From positions 211,732,001-211,796,000 of the forward strand of contig NC_058368.1 in the NCBI RefSeq assembly GCF_018350175.1: a stretch of DNA of 64,000 nt, written 5' to 3'. Shown here piece by piece: positions 60,981-64,000 of the stretch (positions are counted from its first letter, which is position 1; each line of letters opens with the position of its first letter). Position numbers and translations under genes: made by a program. Source of the stretch: Felis catus (lineage: Eukaryota). The notes under the pieces are model-generated. The model did no database searches. It was not told the origin of the DNA and was given only the letters and a program-made list of their open reading frames with translations.

Positions 60981-62163
60981 CACCTCTGATGACAACAATC
61001 TCCTATTTTGAAGACTAGCTTGGATTTTAGGCTCTTGTTTTAGCCCAGCAAGATCTTTGAGGAAACAACACGTGTTTTGCTTTCATTATGTGAATGCAGT
61101 TTGTTTGGTCAAAGGACTACGAGGCTGGGGTGGCCAGCAGCATGGCCCCTACTGGGAGACAGAGTTCCTGAGAATTGGAGCTGCCTCTGCCTCTGCCTCA
61201 GGCTTCTTCAGGGTCTGAATTAAGCTTTTTTGGCCTCCATAGGCAGAAGTGAACATCCGTTTTTTTCAATGAGCAAAACAGGTTTGGGCAGACTAGTCCT
61301 GGGGATGGTCATTATGTTAGTGTCTTATGTGTAGTCAGCTAGGCGCCTCGATGAGAAAGACTCAAAATCATCTTGGAATACCCTAAATCCAATCCACGTG
61401 TTCTGTGTGCAATCTCCAGGGAAAATAAGACAGCTCTTGGATAAGAAATTGCATTGTCCTCTGTCTAAAGAAAGAAGTTATTCAGAAAAAATGGAGAGGA
61501 TTTGAATAAAATTTACAAAAGGAGAATTCAGACAGACCCGCCTGGGTGATGTGTTTCAAATGCTTCCTCAGGAAGTTGAGTATCTGTTTCTTGTGGCAGG
61601 AACATTCCTAGAGCAGAGACTGGTGCATCAGGTTATCAGAACTACACTCAGCCATCAAAGCAGCCCTGGGATGCTAGGACTCTGCAAATTACTTTTCTCC
61701 TTGATCAACAAGTAGGGGGTGCTGGAAGGAGATGCTGAAAGGTAGGAAGATCCCAGAAGACACTTGTTCTTTCCTTTTGCTTGCTGTTTTTGTGAGCGTC
61801 ATCTGGCCAATAGCCCTTCGTTCTGGTAATTGTAGTTGGTCCCAGACCAGCGTCTTTCCATATTCCCAGTACTAACTGCACACTGACCAAGGTGCTGGCT
61901 TTGGTTGGACAATGCCCTTTCCTCGGAAGTCTGAGTCCCAGCTCTGCAGGGCCCCTCTGACAACACCAACCTCTTCTCTTTGTATTCCTAGTCTTAGGAG
62001 ATGACCACTTCTTGCAATTCCTATCTCTGTGTTTAGCCTGTTCCTTATATCAAATTCTCTCTGCTGAAATACCTGGGATGGTTTCTGCTTTTCTGTTTGG
62101 ATCCTGACTGAAACAAATGCTTGATGATATGAGCCATTAATATTGTCTAAAAAAATTCCACAT

Positions 62164-62166
<3 letters not shown>

Positions 62167-62210
<44 letters not shown>
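62167..62210. repeat. (CA)n microsatellite
   Basis: Uninterrupted AC run of about 44 bp. Confidence 0.98.
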
Positions 62211-62212
<2 letters not shown>

Positions 62213-63691
62213 TCCTGCTTATCATACATCTCTCTGACTAGAATTGGCTTCTCATGTAGGTTTTCTACAAAGTTTTTCTTCAGCAAGTGTATAAAACATA
62301 TATGGTCCATTGAAAGTGACATTTTTCATTATACGTGAATATATTTGAATGTTGGTTTTCATACATCAGTCTCTGGCAACCTTGTTTCAGCTGTGGCCAC
62401 AGATCCATTTCTGGGACATTGGTAACAGGTATCCTGCACTTGCCAAATGAGGGTCGGATCCTAAACTGCTTAATTCCAGCAGGGTGAGGACACCCTGACC
62501 AGCCAACCAGTCTCCTCTCTTACTCCTCCCTTGATTTTTCCCCATAGTGGTGTCAAGCATGAACCTAGATTTCTTCTAATGGCAATGGCTAATATTGAGA
62601 GACAATGTCCCCTTTTTAAACACATTATATTCCTTTTTTTTTAATTCTCCAAATAAAACTTCTCTGGAAAGGATCTAAAAAGCCTTCAATATCAAGATAT
62701 AAATGACCAATACAGCTAAACTACCTCCTCTAAGAGAGTATTTTAATTTTACTTGCATTTCAATAAACCTTGAATTGGTTTAAGTCAGAGGGATCAAGCA
62801 TTGATTTTAGAGTCTCGGAATTCACTGAGCTGAGTCCTGGAGAAGTTTTCAGTGAGAGGGAGTAGGAGAGAGGTGGGTCACACTCCAACTGCTCCTGAAA
62901 ATCATGCACACAGATGCTTTCTTTAGCTATCCTTTAAGTTGGCACGGATATAAAGACACGTTCAATCCCACACAGTTCTCGACTGTCCTTTGCCAGACCA
63001 TAGCTGATCTCCTTTTGGCCAAGGCCACAGTGGAGCACCCTGGGGGAGGCCACATGTTACCTATACATCTCATAACAGCCTCCTTTGTAAAGCTAAACAA
63101 ATATTTGCTCCCAGCCCACAGAGCTGATTCACAGGCCTGAGTTTCCACACGTATTCGTGTGTGCGTCTACTGCTCACAGCGGTGGCTGTGCCAACATCCT
63201 GGCTGGACCCCAGGGGCCAGCTGAGCCAGCAAGATGCAGCAGGCAGTCCCAGTGCCTCTTAGCAGCTGGATGCCCCCAGGCATCCTCTGAGCTTCCAGAC
63301 AACCCTGTGCAGAATGGCGCCTCCGGCTTTTACCTGGGGCATGTTCTAGATGTTCTAATACTCAACTCATAGGCAAGAAATGATGGCCCAACTCTAATTC
63401 ACATCTTGAGAAACTGGATACAAGGGATATCACCAGAGCATGTATGGAATGATAACCTTAAGTAAGATGTAATAATAAGGCAAAGTTTAAAATGAATCTA
63501 ATGGGAAATGACTGGAGAAAAGTAAAAAGGATCCATGCTAATGGGCCGCGGACTCTAGCCTGGGCCAGCCTTGCTACTCTGCATCCTCGAATGTGAACAA
63601 TTGGCTAAATCTTTTTAGATGGCCATCTCCTCATCTGCAAAATGATGGGGGCTGGCCGAGGGTTTTTTGGAAGCTTCCCCACATGTTCTCT

Positions 63692-64000
63692 GTATGCATT
63701 TGCTGTGGCTGCCATAACAAAGTGCCACAAATCAAGTGGCTTGAACGAAGGAATTCATTGTCTCCTAGTTTGGAGGTTGGAAGGCTGAGGTCAAGTTGTC
63801 AGCCTGAATTGGTTCCTTCTGTGCTGTGGGGCGGGGGTGGGGGGGGTGGGTGTTGGCAATCTGCTTTATGTCCTTCTCCCAGCTTCTGGTGGTTTGCTGG
63901 CGATTTTTGGTTTTCCCTGACTTGTAAATGCATCACCCCCATCCCTACCTTCATCTTCACGCGACACTCTTCCTGTGTGCGTGTCTATCTCTGTGTCCAA
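63692..64000 (-). mobile_element. MaLR LTR (MLT1B/C-like), runs off the window
   Basis: 'ggctgccataacaaagtgccacaaa...cttctcccagcttctggtggtttgctggc'. Confidence 0.85.

Overview
Repeat-rich, apparently non-genic mammalian DNA from a felid, judged from numerous cat-type CAN-SINEs (several near-consensus). I can support no intact protein-coding gene, RNA gene or CpG island; the supplied ORFs are SINE, microsatellite or LTR artefacts, or fragments of retroviral genes. The core is a ~14.6 kb nest of endogenous retroviruses (30.5-45.1 kb). ERV-A (minus strand, ~30495-38650) is a decayed MER34-type provirus with a 3' LTR and gag, pro, pol and env remnants. Its env is recognisably of the HEMO/ERVMER34-1 type, its reverse-transcriptase segment is inverted relative to the rest, and two further LTRs sit in the pro/pol region. 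ERV-B (plus strand, 39063-43975) is an internally deleted class I provirus carrying SINEs, a tiny 5'-inverted L1 and an LTR-in-SINE-in-env nest. Elsewhere are two young gammaretrovirus-type solo LTRs with duplicated CCAAT modules, old MaLR/ERVL LTRs, L1/L2/L3/MIR/MER58 fragments, and candidate CTCF/ETS/FOX sites. Repeat family names and the HEMO comparison come from recalled consensus sequences, not from a search. I do not see evidence of a functional novel system; the most interesting signals are palaeovirological and mechanistic.
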